A DNA stretch of 50,579 bases from Macrostomum lignano. Taxonomy: Eukaryota. Position 1 is the stretch's first letter; each line of letters opens with the position of its first letter. Shown in pieces: positions 12,078 to 23,361 of the stretch. The position numbers and the translations under genes are program-made. The notes beneath the pieces were generated by a model. The model did not search any database. It saw nothing but the letters and a program-made list of their open reading frames with translations, and was not told the origin of the DNA. The stretch lies in contig NIVC01003420.1 of assembly GCA_002269645.1 (NCBI GenBank), positions 1 to 50,579 of the forward strand, in the 5' to 3' direction.

Positions 12078-13020
12078 GGTCACTGTCTGGCCACATATGA
12101 ACTGCCGCTGCTGACAGTCTCAGTCAACGGCAAGCGGCTGGAAGCCCTCATCGACAGTGGCGCCAGCTGCAACGTCATCGACATGGCGACCTTTCAGGAG
12201 ATCAAGACTGCTAAGACGCCACTTCGGCTGCCAACAAGGCGGCTTTATCCTTTCGGCTCTCGGTCGCCCCTGGAAACTGCCGGCAGGGCTAAGCTCCTGG
12301 TCAACGTCGGCGGCTCGAAGGACATGGTCGACTTCACAGTGATGCGCAACCAGGGCGTCACCATCCTGGGGAGGGTGACGAGTGAGAAATCCGGGCCGAA
12401 AAGGAAGACGCACATCGGCAGAATTGGCAGCGCTGGCCGAATCAAAGCAGCTGAACTTTGACGTGTCCGGAGAGCTACTCCGCGAATCTTCCAACTGACC
12501 AACTCGGTCAAGCGTTCAGCCACCACCAAACAGAAGTTTTAACAGCCAAACCGTCGCTATCCACGCTACCGAAGTCGGCATGGTCGACCATCTGTGTCGA
12601 TTTCATCGGGCCCGTCAACGGTCGGCATTTCCTCATGATACTAGCACTCGCGCTACCCCATCATAGTAGCAATGAAGTCGCTTACAGCTGAAGGCACGAT
12701 CAAGCAGCTGAAGCAGATAAACAGATCTTCGCTATGTTCGGGATTCCAAAGCAAATCATGACCGGCAGCGGTCGGCCATTTTATTCAAAAGTATTCATTC
12801 AATTCGTCACGAGTCAGCGGATCGGTCACGAGCGGATCAAGCTGCATCCAGAGGCCCAGCGCATCGTGGAGGGCATGAAGCGGCTCCTAAACAATCTGCT
12901 CCGCTCCTTCAGCGCTCAAGGAGCCGCCTGGAGTGTTGCGCTGCGAGACTGGCTCGCCGCGTACCGCAGCAACCCAAACATCGACACGGGAGCCGCGCCA
13001 GCTAATCTGCTGTTCATCAC
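12078..13020 (+). mobile_element. Degenerate, internally deleted Ty3/gypsy LTR-retrotransposon pol remnant (aspartic protease and integrase core)
   Basis: VNGKRLEALIDSGASCNVID is a retropepsin DSG motif. WSTICVDFIGP, FGIPKQIMTGSGRPF and HPEAQRIVE are gypsy integrase-core blocks, frameshifted. No RT/RNase H lies between them and no LTRs were recognised. Confidence 0.85.
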
Positions 13021-13469
13021 CGATCGTACGCTGTGTTCATTCAGCATTGGACTAATGATAAACTTTTAATTTATTTTGGGCTAATGCGAGCCTTCTTTAA
13101 GTGCCGCTTTCATTCCTTTTAATTTCTTTCGAAAATTCTTGCAGGGGAAGATGTACTCTATTCTACCTAGCGCCCAGCGCCCAGCGTCTATTTATAATGT
13201 ACATCAAACTACATTCACAATACCTAAGTGCACGTTGATCTCTGAGCGAACCCTTAGATCTCAAATATATAAATCGCAATCGATGCCCAAGTGGAGGCTA
13301 ACTTCGTATTCAGCAAATTCTACTCGATTACTACAGTCACTGCGACTGTTACCTTCTATGTGGGTGTCATGATTGCTGTGTCACTGTCACTGCGTCACAG
13401 TCAGTGCGTCTCTTTTACTGTGTCACGGTTACAGTGCGAAGATCACTGTGTCACACTGTGAATGTGAAA

Positions 13470-13650
13470 GAGGGGTTGTGGCCTAGGGGTTAGAGCGTCG
13501 GAGTCACGACTGAATGGTCGGGGGTTCGATTCTCGACACATTAGGAACAATTTGTGTCCTTGAGCAAAACACTTAACTCTGTGTTGCTTCAAATTACTCA
13601 GCTGTAAAATGGGTGCCAGCATTAGCTGGGGTAATTCAGGTTGTGTGGCG
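13470..13650 (+). mobile_element. tRNA-derived SINE with conserved CORE-like central domain
   Basis: Box A-like tggcctaggggttag and box B ggttcgattc, then tgtgtccttgagcaaaacacttaac...cagctgtaaaatgggt, which resembles metazoan SINE central domains. Confidence 0.75.
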
Positions 13651-14014
13651 ACCCCCCAGTCTTTGGACTGAACAGCCGTACGCAGCCTTCAGATGCGCCG
13701 CGCAATAGTTGCGGCTGAGCTGTCGGTTGCACATCTGCCAATTAGCTGTTTTTTAAGAAACCTGTGCCACGATCAATGTCATAACATTCTTTCATTCTTC
13801 CTGCAGTCGTCAGTCTGCAGATCTCTGATGACACAGGTGGTCAATCTTCAAAATGAAACTAGGCACAGTCAGAGGACGCTCGCACCCCACCCCATTTCAT
13901 CAGCGTAAATTGAACACAATAATTAGCGAGAAAGAAGGCAATCCCAGCTCTATAAAAGGAATTCAACACGGGTGTCCCACTGGGTTACAGTTGTTCGCAG
14001 TCGAATCAGCCGCC

Positions 14015-14714
14015 ATGTCGGAGATCCGGAAGATTACCCGCGCCTTCGTCAGCCAGACGACCATCCACGGCGTGCGCCGGCTGAACGATGGCCCACTGAT
14101 ATATCGGCTCGCGTGGGTGCTGCTAGTTTTTGGCACCTTTGTCGGGTTCCTAATACACCTGGGCCAGCTCCTGACTCGCTACGCTGAGTACCCGGTCAAC
14201 ACGGAGAACTACGAGGGCGTGGACGACTTCCAATTCCCGTCGGTGACCATTTGCCCCAATGACTACATCCACTATGACTACCGGTTCAACCCCATTCCAG
14301 GGCCGGGCGAAGACAGGCGCTCTCTCTACGACATGGTGTACGACCTGGCGCGAGTCTGGTACCGCATCAAGTACAACGACACAAACATCCCCGTCTATCC
14401 CTACAGCGAGTACGACGATGGCAAATACTCGCTGAAGCAGGTGGCCTACAGGTCGCAGCAATTTCAAACCCTGAAGGACACGGTAGTGTACTGCCGGTTC
14501 AACTCCCGCGAGTGCTCCTACGACGATTTCCGGGTCTACAAAGACCCCATCAGGTTTCTCTGCTTTACCTTCACGCCCAAAAATCGTGACGGCCTGCAAA
14601 TTGGCGAGGGCAACGGACTGTTCCTCATCCTATACTCCAACTCCAACAGCTTCCTCACCGAGGAGGAGGAGGTCAACCACATCCCGGGATTTTCAGTGTC
14701 ACTGCACGAGCCGA
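14015..14714 (+). CDS. DEG/ENaC amiloride-sensitive channel, coding exon 1
   Basis: gccgccATG; MSEIRKITRAFVSQTTIHGVRRL (pre-TM1 HG motif), TM1, YxxYPVNT, FPSVTICP, YCRFNSRECS, CFTF, GL.LIL, GFSVSLHEP; donor A|gtgagt. Confidence 0.93.
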
Positions 14715-15065
14715 GTGAGTTCGAATCGGGTTTCGACTTTAGAATCTTATACTTTACACGAAAGCTGTTTACGAGTTACAGGTACCCACTCTAACTTTTT
14801 GAAACTTCAAGTCCAAAGAACTCGCTAAAAAATTGTTTCCGCACGCAAATAGATTTAATTGTCTGAGTGAAGCCGAGGCACTCAATGATATTGAGAAAAA
14901 CCTTGAGCAAAATGCAAAACGTCATTAGCTTAAGTTAACGTAAAACTGCTTATGTTTTCAAAGGTCGCTTCCATCGCCATTATGAAGCCTTCCATTTTCT
15001 AATTCATTGAACGTTCTGCATTTTCCAAGCTTCACTCCATCCGCCTCACCCGCCTCCACCGGCAG

Positions 15066-15899
15066 ATGCGAATCCCTTCACTGCCACGGCCATTGCGGTG
15101 CCGCTTCAGCAGCGACTGAGCGTCGACGTCAGCCAGAAGATCGAGACAAAGCTTGACCGCGACGCCTACGAGTGCAGCGAGGACCTGGGCATAGTTGACT
15201 ACGTCAGCGACTACAGCCGCTCAAACAGCAACCCTGAGCTCGTGTCCTTCCGCGCCAAGCAGCAGGACTGCCAGCTGCGCCGCCAGCAGCTGCAGTTTCT
15301 ACACGAATGCGGCTGCCTGGCGGAGCACCTGCCAATCCCTTCGGACCTCATGCCGGCCGCCCGGCCCTGCCACGAGATGTGGGAGCCGATGTTCTTCATT
15401 GACATCCGGCCGCCAACCAACACCTCGGCCAGCATGACCATCAAGAACGGAAGCACTGTGCAGAGCTTCGAGGAATTTTACCAGGCAAACTTGGCCCGCT
15501 GGGAGCAGCTGCGTCGAGCTGCCCTCTGTTTTGACAGAGTTGAGAGTCTCCAGAGAGGCCGCACCGCAGCGGACGACTGCAACCGGCTGTGCCGGCGCTC
15601 CGAGTTTCCCGCGTCCGTGATGGCCACTCGCTGGCCGATGGACTCGGCGGCCGGCTACTCAGTGACAGCATTTCAGAGTTCAATGGACATGTTTCTGAGC
15701 AGGGCGATAGCCAAGGCTGAGTCCGTTGATAATGCCACTCTGGCCAGCCTGCGTGCGGCGATGAATCGGCCAGTGCCGGAGAAGTTTCAGTACTTCAGCC
15801 TGCTGGATTTGCACATTTCCGCCTCTGGAGCGTACCACTACATTGAGGACTGGGTCTACCCCCTGCGGAACTTGCTGTCTGACCTCGGCGGCATCCTGG
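15066..15899 (+). CDS. DEG/ENaC channel, coding exon 2 (Cys-rich thumb to start of TM2)
   Basis: ggcag|AT acceptor, phase 1; Cys-rich region (ECS, DC, ECGC, CNRLCRRSEF), YPLRNLLSDLGGILG; donor G|gtgagc. Confidence 0.92.
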
Positions 15900-16019
15900 G
15901 TGAGCTGGGTCCTCATTCTGTCATGGTGGATCGTTGGTACCAATGCTCATAGGTTTACTGCACTGTTTTTTACTGAACAGTTTGTTAATAGGCAGAAAAC
16001 TGATTCAAACTTTGTACAG

Positions 16020-16180
16020 GACTCTGGATCGGTGCCAGCATCATCACCATGATTGAGCTGCTGGAGCTGCTGCTGCGCATCGGGTTCTCATTTCCAGATG
16101 CCTGCGGCCAACCAGCAAGGAGGAGACATCGGCTGGGACCGACAAGAGGACCGTCTCTGACTCGCCAGCCTGAAACCTGA
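16020..16180 (+). CDS. DEG/ENaC channel, coding exon 3 (TM2, GAS filter, stop)
   Basis: tttgtacag|GA CTC TGG ATC GGT GCC AGC = GLWIGASIITMIELLELL; TGA at 16178-16180. The spliced CDS is 1695 nt (564 aa). Confidence 0.9.
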
Positions 16181-16194
16181 AATCCGCTTCGTCT

Positions 16195-16500
16195 CTCTGA
16201 CCTGTGTGCATCAGTCTCACCTGTATACAGGCATTTCTTACCTGTGCACAGACCAATCTATCCTGTGTGCAGCAGTCTCACCAGTATACAGGCATATCCT
16301 ACCTGCGCATAAACCAATCCCCCCACTTGTGCATAAACCAAATCCACCTTGCAAAGACCAATCCCACCTGTTCACAAACCAATCCCACCTGTTCACAAAC
16401 CAATCCCACCTGTTCACAAACCAATCCCACCTGTGCACAGACCAATCCCAACTGTACACAGACCAATATTACCTGTCTCACCTGTCTCACCTGTCTTACC
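16195..16500. repeat. Degenerate 21-bp tandem repeat (acctgt[t/g]cac[a]aaccaatccc)
   Basis: Read directly; translates as QTNPTCS repeats. Confidence 0.85.
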
Positions 16501-16502
16501 TG

Positions 16503-16561
16503 GCTGGCGGCGCAGCTGGCAGTCCTGCTGCTTGGCGCGGAAGGACACGAGCTCAGGGTTG
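16503..16561 (-). repeat. Perfect 59-nt inverted copy of DEG/ENaC exon 2 (15229-15287)
   Basis: The reverse complement is identical to caaccctgagctcgtgtccttccgcgccaagcagcaggactgccagctgcgccgccagc. Confidence 0.95.
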
Positions 16562-17874
16562 AACTGTCTCACCCATCCATCACCGTTTGCGTCACCCAAC
16601 AAATATTTATTATGGTCTAGAAGCATACTTATGTATTTTAACTGGAAGTTCTTGATCCCAGGAGGTACGAGTACTATTGAAACTCCGTGGACCCAATCAA
16701 TATAAAATTTCTAATTACGCTCCCATTTGGATTGGCTAAAGAAGCTACTTCGTGAAATTTCCTACCCAACTGACAGTAGGAGTTTTCGAGCATGCCTCGT
16801 AATATCGTTGTATGCAGTAAAAACTGCCGACAAGAATGCTGCTTGAATTTGATCGGAGCTGGAAACTCCACTCTGCACTTTTTTGGGATTCCAACCTCTA
16901 TTCATACCTTCACTCACCCAGTCTAAATTAACTTCTTCTAATTAATCATGTTTTCATGTGTGCCCAGACAAATATGTCTAAGTTTGATTTGATTGCTTCT
17001 AGCAGAGAGAACGACAGAAAAGTTTAATTCCGGCTAAGGCTCGAAGATTCCAGCCATAGCAACAGAATATGCATGCATGCCATTTTTCTGCTGCGAGTAC
17101 TTGCAGTGTTCTCTGCTTCCCCAGATTCTACTAGTGAGATTTTCACAGGAGGAATATCCAGCCATTTTCATTTCTGGTTTTTACCTGAGGCTTTTCAAAA
17201 AGTAGCCAAGGATGTCTTCAAGAGCCACGATGACAGCTGTGCAGTCACTCCTGCTGGCCTTAGCGATCGACATCAGCATGTGATGACTTGAAAACAGCGG
17301 TAGCTGATGCTCAACCCCAAGATCACCAGCCCAGGGGTTGCGAGTCGCGACAGACGGGCTGGTAGACACGCCGCGGACAACCTCTGAGACTGGGAAACAG
17401 AGTAGTTTAGATTTTCTTACTGTCGTATGCAAAGTGTCGAGGTGATGACCGAATGCTTGAGAGACTATTTGAGTAATTCTAGCAGTTGCGACTTGCCCAC
17501 TGTCGAGGATTGATCAGAGAAATCGGACAGGGTGTTCATGGTCACTTGGTGCCACCTGTTGAAGGTCCAGGAGCTCCACCTGACTGAAGGCCTGGGGCCA
17601 CCAAAGTTATTGATGATGCAGACACATGTGGTTGACGTACTGCTGAAATATGAGGGACTGACAAGGCCTCACTGGTGCACAAGAGTGTACTGAATTCATT
17701 AGCGCTTGTGTAAAAAAACCGAACTTCTGGCAGAATCGTTGAATTTCTCGACTTTGTTGAAGGCTGGCGACTTGATTATCGTTTGATAAGGTGCATAACA
17801 GAATGTTAGGCCAGTTTGCAAGTTTGTGAGTCTGCGTTGCTCCGTTCCGGTGTAGAAAGCAATTGTCAGTGGGG

Positions 17875-18205
17875 GGTCACTGGTTAGTGGTCCCTGGTCC
17901 CTGGTTAGTTGTCCTTGGTTAGTGGTCTCTGGATGGTGGTCCCTGATTATTGATCACTAGTTAGTGGTCCCTAGTCCCTGGTCCCTGGTTAATGATCACT
18001 GGTTAATGGCCCCTGGTTATTTGTCACTGATTGGTGGTCCCTGCTGTTTAGTTGTCCTTGGTTAGTGGTCTCTGGTTAGTGGTCCCGATTAGTGGTCCCT
18101 GTTATTGGTTTCTGGTTAGTGGTCCCTGATCCTTGGTTAGTTGTCCTTTTTAGTGGTCCTTTTTGATATTGGTCACTGGTTAGTGGTCCCTGGTTAGTGG
18201 TCCTC
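17875..18205. repeat. Degenerate ggttagtggtccct-type tandem repeat
   Basis: Read directly. Confidence 0.85.
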
Positions 18206-19693
18206 GGTAGGTAATTCAGGTACTATCAGTAAATCAAAAAGTAATCAAAGTTTGATCTCTATTTGCATGAGTTAAAATGCACACACAGACCTCGCTCTGC
18301 AAGCACATTACTCGGTTGATACTGCTTTCTACCCACAGAGGCCACCTTTGATTAGTTTTCGTGCTCAGTGTGCGGCCCTGAAGCCCCGGCTCTGAATAAA
18401 TGTTGGGCCAAGCAATTAAAAAATTGCTGAATTGCAACTTCGTTTTGTTGGCGATTTGGCAAGATTAAAGATCATTCATTGAAAATTAACAAGATGGAGA
18501 ATTTTGGCTGCCTTAGAATGAGTCGTCATTGTGAACGAGTTCTAGCTTTTCTGTTCGAGAGTTTCTCCCATGTATTTTTCTCCCGTTTCTGTGTGCTAAA
18601 AAAGGTGAATTTCGAAATCCTTAAATGGACAGACAAGAGTTCTTGAATGGTAGAGTGAAAGACCGCTTCAATGTTGCTCTCAAATATTAATTTTACACTG
18701 ATAAAGGTTAGAAAAAAGGCGATAAAGAACTGACAGAAACTTCTAGGAAGAGTTCAGCCAGCTTTAAACTGACTCCTTGTCACTCCATAGAAGGCTTGCC
18801 TTGGAACTCCCTGGCACAGAAAAGATAACTAACAGTAAAGGTTGTAAGGGAAGGCAGCTATTACTGCTGCCAACGACCTCAGTTTGAACCCTAAATACAC
18901 AATGTGCATTCCCGCCCTTCTTACCCATGCTCTCAGCCAATGGCGGACAGGTTTTAGAGAACGCTCTGTCGATTAGGCTGCATAATACTGTCCACTCGTC
19001 CTTTTATCGCTGGGTCTGCCCCAGCCAGAACCGGGCGACGCCGCCCTCACCCAGCGTACACGCGTCGTGGCAGTGCAGGATCGGGAGACACCCCGACCCA
19101 ACCTCTCACATTTTTCTACACCTCGTCTCTCGACCATCGACAAATATAAAAGCAGGATTTTCATACCTAGCAGCTGGGAAGGCTTTTGTATAGACTGATT
19201 AACTTGTGCCGCGACTTACAAGTCTCCTCTTACTCATTCGGATCGAAAGCGAAGCTTCGGTCGTTTCACTTGATGAGGTAGGAGCCAGGACAGTCATAAT
19301 CTTGCTGTAGCGTTTAGCCATTATTAGTGTCTATCCTATCGTTGAAAAAAACAGAAATTATTTACTAATACCTTTTCGTACAGTTTTCTGCGAGGACGAT
19401 TGGAACGTTGCAGAATGGCTCTATTTGTTCCCAACCCAACCAAATGTAGCCACGGAACAACAGTGAATTCACATTTGCACAACAGAAAATCTTAGTCAAA
19501 ACAACATTTTGTACTCTAAAACAGCAACACAACACAATATTAGTAATAGCTGGAAGCCGCAACTTTTACTACTTCAAGTAGGAAGCGAAACTTATAAAGG
19601 TCAAAAAATGAAATTTTTAATGGTTACTTGGCGAATAATTAACAACCTGCCCCATCAATTCAAATTTCAGTCCGACTTCAAATCAAGCTAAAC

Positions 19694-20815
19694 ATGAACG
19701 ATTCAGTCATCAGCCGGGCTGTCACCGAAAACGATGGATCGGCGCTACCGTCGGGAAACGCCCTGGACGTTCGCATCGACAAGTCAACAACGTCGCACCT
19801 GAGCCAAATATCATCCGGAATCTACAGCATGGAATCCGGGAGCGACGATGGCGTATGCGATAGCCTCAGTCGTGCATTCCGAGAAATCGGACTCAAAGAG
19901 GTCGGTACGAATCGCGAGCTATCCGCTTCCGACACCGCGGCTCAAGTCGACGGCTGGGTGCAGCGGAGCTGCGATCAGACAGCCAGCGAAAAGGAAACGG
20001 ACGTGGATCCGTTCGAGGATGACGTCACGGAAGCCGCAGATACGGACCAGGTGGAAGTATTGGACGAGGATGACGTCACGGAAGCCGCAGATACGGACCA
20101 GGTCGAAGTATTGGATGATGACGAAGAGACCTGGACATCGCGGGTGGCCGTCAAGCGGTGCTCTTCGCTGAAGAGCAGCTGCTCGACTGACAGCGACAGT
20201 AGCCGACGCACCAAAAAGGCCGTGCGATTCGCCGACTCACTCGGCTTGGATCTCATCAAGGTGCGCCACGTATTCAAGTTCGACGCACCGACTGAGACGG
20301 AGCCGACTCTTCGGCAACTTGGACGCAGGCGAGACTCTTTGGCTCCCGCATCTGCTGATCGGTCTCGGCGGCGCCTCTTAGTCAGTCCGTGCTTTCCTCA
20401 ACCGGGAGGCTGCGCCGGCTTCATCTCGCGAGTCATGTCTCAGAAGATAATGCTCGAGAGGGCGTCGTTCGATCAGAGCAGCCGCGTTCTGTCCGGCCAC
20501 ATCCGGGTGTGCAACCTGCACTTCGAGAAGCGAGTAACTGTTCGAGTCACATTCGACGGCTGGCACAGCTGCAGCGAGGTCCCGGCGGTCTACGAGGCAT
20601 CGGACACAGCCGCCAACATGACTGACAGGTTCGCTTTCCGGATCCCGATGCCGCCCGGCTTCGGCACAGGGGCGGGCGATCGAGCGGCGCTCTGCGTTCG
20701 CTACGACACCTTGGGGCAGACGTTCTGGGACAGCAACTATGGGGAGAACTACACGTTCGACTGCCTGCCACTCGGATGGGAGGACTCAGACGAGTCATTA
20801 GCAAGCTTTTCGTAG
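19694..20815 (+). CDS. PPP1R3-like: Protein phosphatase 1 glycogen-targeting regulatory subunit (CBM21), copy 1, 373 aa
   Basis: RVxF motif KKAVRFADSLGLDL, CBM21 motif GHIRVCNLHFEKRVTVRVTFDGW, glycogen-synthase-binding WDSNYGENY; uninterrupted ORF. Confidence 0.93.
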   Translation: MNDSVISRAVTENDGSALPSGNALDVRIDKSTTSHLSQISSGIYSMESGSDDGVCDSLSRAFREIGLKEVGTNRELSASDTAAQVDGWVQRSCDQTASEKETDVDPFEDDVTEAADTDQVEVLDEDDVTEAADTDQVEVLDDDEETWTSRVAVKRCSSLKSSCSTDSDSSRRTKKAVRFADSLGLDLIKVRHVFKFDAPTETEPTLRQLGRRRDSLAPASADRSRRRLLVSPCFPQPGGCAGFISRVMSQKIMLERASFDQSSRVLSGHIRVCNLHFEKRVTVRVTFDGWHSCSEVPAVYEASDTAANMTDRFAFRIPMPPGFGTGAGDRAALCVRYDTLGQTFWDSNYGENYTFDCLPLGWEDSDESLASFS

Positions 20816-21228
20816 ATCTGATATGCATCGTCGTTGTCAGTCATTTTTTATTTTTGATATCGAGATTTCTCTTGCGTTGGCAGTTTGTTTTTCTTACTGC
20901 TCAAGTATTGTTTTTAGATAGCAGATTTGCGATTTTTAGGTGGGAGCCGATGAATTTCGAAGTTTTTTGTGTTTTAAAAATCCATTTTGAACTGCATATT
21001 TTTACAACTTCTTTCAAATCTAATTTGTGGAAAGAGCATCTTTAGTCTTTGCGTTAGGTTTCTTGAGCAGCCGGTGTTTCTCTGTTGTCTGTACCTAAAC
21101 AGTGGATTTTCAAAGTTTCCGTTCGCTGTAGTAGTTTGAGTTCAATTAGTATTCTCGGCAGCACTTCTGCGTTAAGATTTTCTTCATCTGCATGCAGCGT
21201 TGCTTCATGGCGTACCGACCGCATGCTA

Positions 21229-22207
21229 CCTTAGTGTGTCCAAAAAGTTCTTAGACACCCTTCCTATCTCTGTATCTGTTCAAGCGATTTTTTATAAAAA
21301 ATTACACAAACATGGACCTATATGTAATGAATTCAGTGCTAACATTTCAGCTTAATCGGGTTGACAGAGCAAAAGCAATCGATCATTTACTGAGGAACCT
21401 ATGAAATTAGCAATACGATTTTTGAAGAGCATCGAACCTGGACTCCAGTGGTGACATTGCAGCTCATTTTTTAGAAAAATTAATCAGCAAAAATATCACT
21501 GCTTTCGCTGAGTATTGATTACTACCTTAACTGATTTAATACTAATGCCAGCTGTGAGGGTTTAGCCAGAGATTAAAGAGCAAAAAAGAACAAAGCAGTA
21601 AGCAGCATAGCCAGAGTGCACAGAGATTCAGATGCTGAGACGCGGAACCAGCCTCAGGTGGAAAGGAGCAGAAGAATTGCCTATACGAAGTCTGCTTGCA
21701 ACAAAGGGCGGCAATTTCAGCTCTGGGAGACGAGTTCAATCTGAGCAGATTCAGCACACAGGATGAGTCCAAGAGGCCAGCGGTTTGCCAGCTTCCCCCG
21801 AGCTGCAAGCGGCTGCTGAGGGGCTGATCAGAACGACACCTAGGGATATGTGGTCGGCGTGGATTGAGGATGAGTTGCCGATGCGATATGACAAGTGCAT
21901 TCGACGGAATGAAGATTCTTCTGAAGATTTTCACGATTGGTGATCCGTTTTTGAAGTTCTGGAACTTGTCAGTTTGAACTGTTTGCTCGTTAACTTTTAC
22001 ATTTTGTTGAGTTTAAAATCGTATTGCTAATTTCGTAGGTTCCTCAGTAAATGATCGATTGCTTTCGCTCTGTCAACCCGATTAAGCTGAAACTTTAGCA
22101 CTGAATTCAAAACATATTGGCCCATATTTGTGTAACTTTTTATATAAATCGATTAAACAGATGCAGAGATAGGAGGCGTGTCTAAGAACTTTTTGGACGC
22201 ACTGAGG
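21229..22207 (+). mobile_element. Non-autonomous Tc1/mariner-type DNA transposon, ~195-bp imperfect TIRs, TA target duplication
   Basis: ta|ccttagtgtgtccaaaaagttcttagacac... and ...gtgtctaagaactttttggacgcactgagg|ta. TIRs are ~21229-21422 and ~22015-22207. The interior encodes TPRDMWSAWIEDELPMRYDKCIRRN, resembling a Tc1/mariner transposase C-terminus. Confidence 0.88.
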
Positions 22208-23361
22208 TAGTTGGGCGAATATTCTAATTGGACCACAGCTGCAGATTTTGATTCAATGCTGGTTCTTTCAAGAAGGGCCTCTTAGCATGAGGGTACTGTA
22301 GTTTGCTTTTCTTAGAAATTTCACCCGTCATGTACACGAACTAAAGTATAGGTATCTTTGAACAGAATTCGAATGTGGCGAGATTTAAGGCTAACAGTCT
22401 ATTTTACTACAATAGTTTTTTATTCTGTGCGATGTCACGCGAGTACGAAGTTAACTTGAAACGAATCAATACAAAGTTCTACTATTTTATTTGAATCATA
22501 ACTGCAAAAAAACTCAATCAGCCGCTTTGAGCCTGTTTGTTGAACGGAAAAAGTCAGATTTTCAAATGACCTTCAAAAGTTATTCTGCTCAATTTCGTAA
22601 TTTCATTGTCAAATCTAAATAAACAAGGTAGCACTGTAAAAACTGTTAGTCATTTAACCACCGGGAAAATGATAATGGCACCTCAACTAACCTTAATTGG
22701 GCCTACTGCAGGTGAAGGTCGTCTAAAGTGACTTCATTTACAAAGCAATAGATACGCTCGTAATATATGTATTGATTTTTCCCAGCCCTGGCATCGAACT
22801 TTATTTATTCAAGAATTCTTGCTAAATTGCTATGAGGTTCAACATTGATTTTTTAATTTTTAATAAGTGTTTTGAAAGCTTTCGCAGTTACTTGTACATT
22901 TCGGTCTTCTATCTAATGGCTAATCCCGAGTTCCAGGATTAAAAAGGTTTCGAGTGCATAAATTTATTAATATACTTCATCATTCTTTACCGTCATTAAG
23001 AAAGAGGTGAGGATACCAGATTACCCAATGTTTGCATATAAAACTATTAGCAAAAACTAAAAACGGTCTTCTACCTTATCTTCTAGACTTACCACCCAGG
23101 GTCTGTTTACGTCTGATCTCGGTTTATATACGCTACTTCATCAAGTCAGCCAGTTAATTGAATTCCCGTGTCAAACCGTGGGCCATCATCCCGGAATGCT
23201 TTCAATCCTGGCACAGATGCTCTGGTTGCGAACTCTAGCATTAGCAAGCAACGGCATCGACAGTACGAGCGTACAAACCCGATGATGTACTTTAGAAAGC
23301 TGAAGTCTGACGAGAAGAGAAGAGAAGAGAAGAGAAGCTCAAGTTTTTCCAGTACAGGTTT

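Noticed and set aside
13472-13540. Possible tRNA gene
   Set aside because: Box A and B are present but there is no convincing cloverleaf, and it continues into a SINE central domain.
17070-17700. Possible decayed hAT transposase (GLGPPKLL...T[R]W..TY-like stretch near 17590-17650)
   Set aside because: It needs several assumed frameshifts and I found no TIRs; too weak without a TBLASTN/HMM search.
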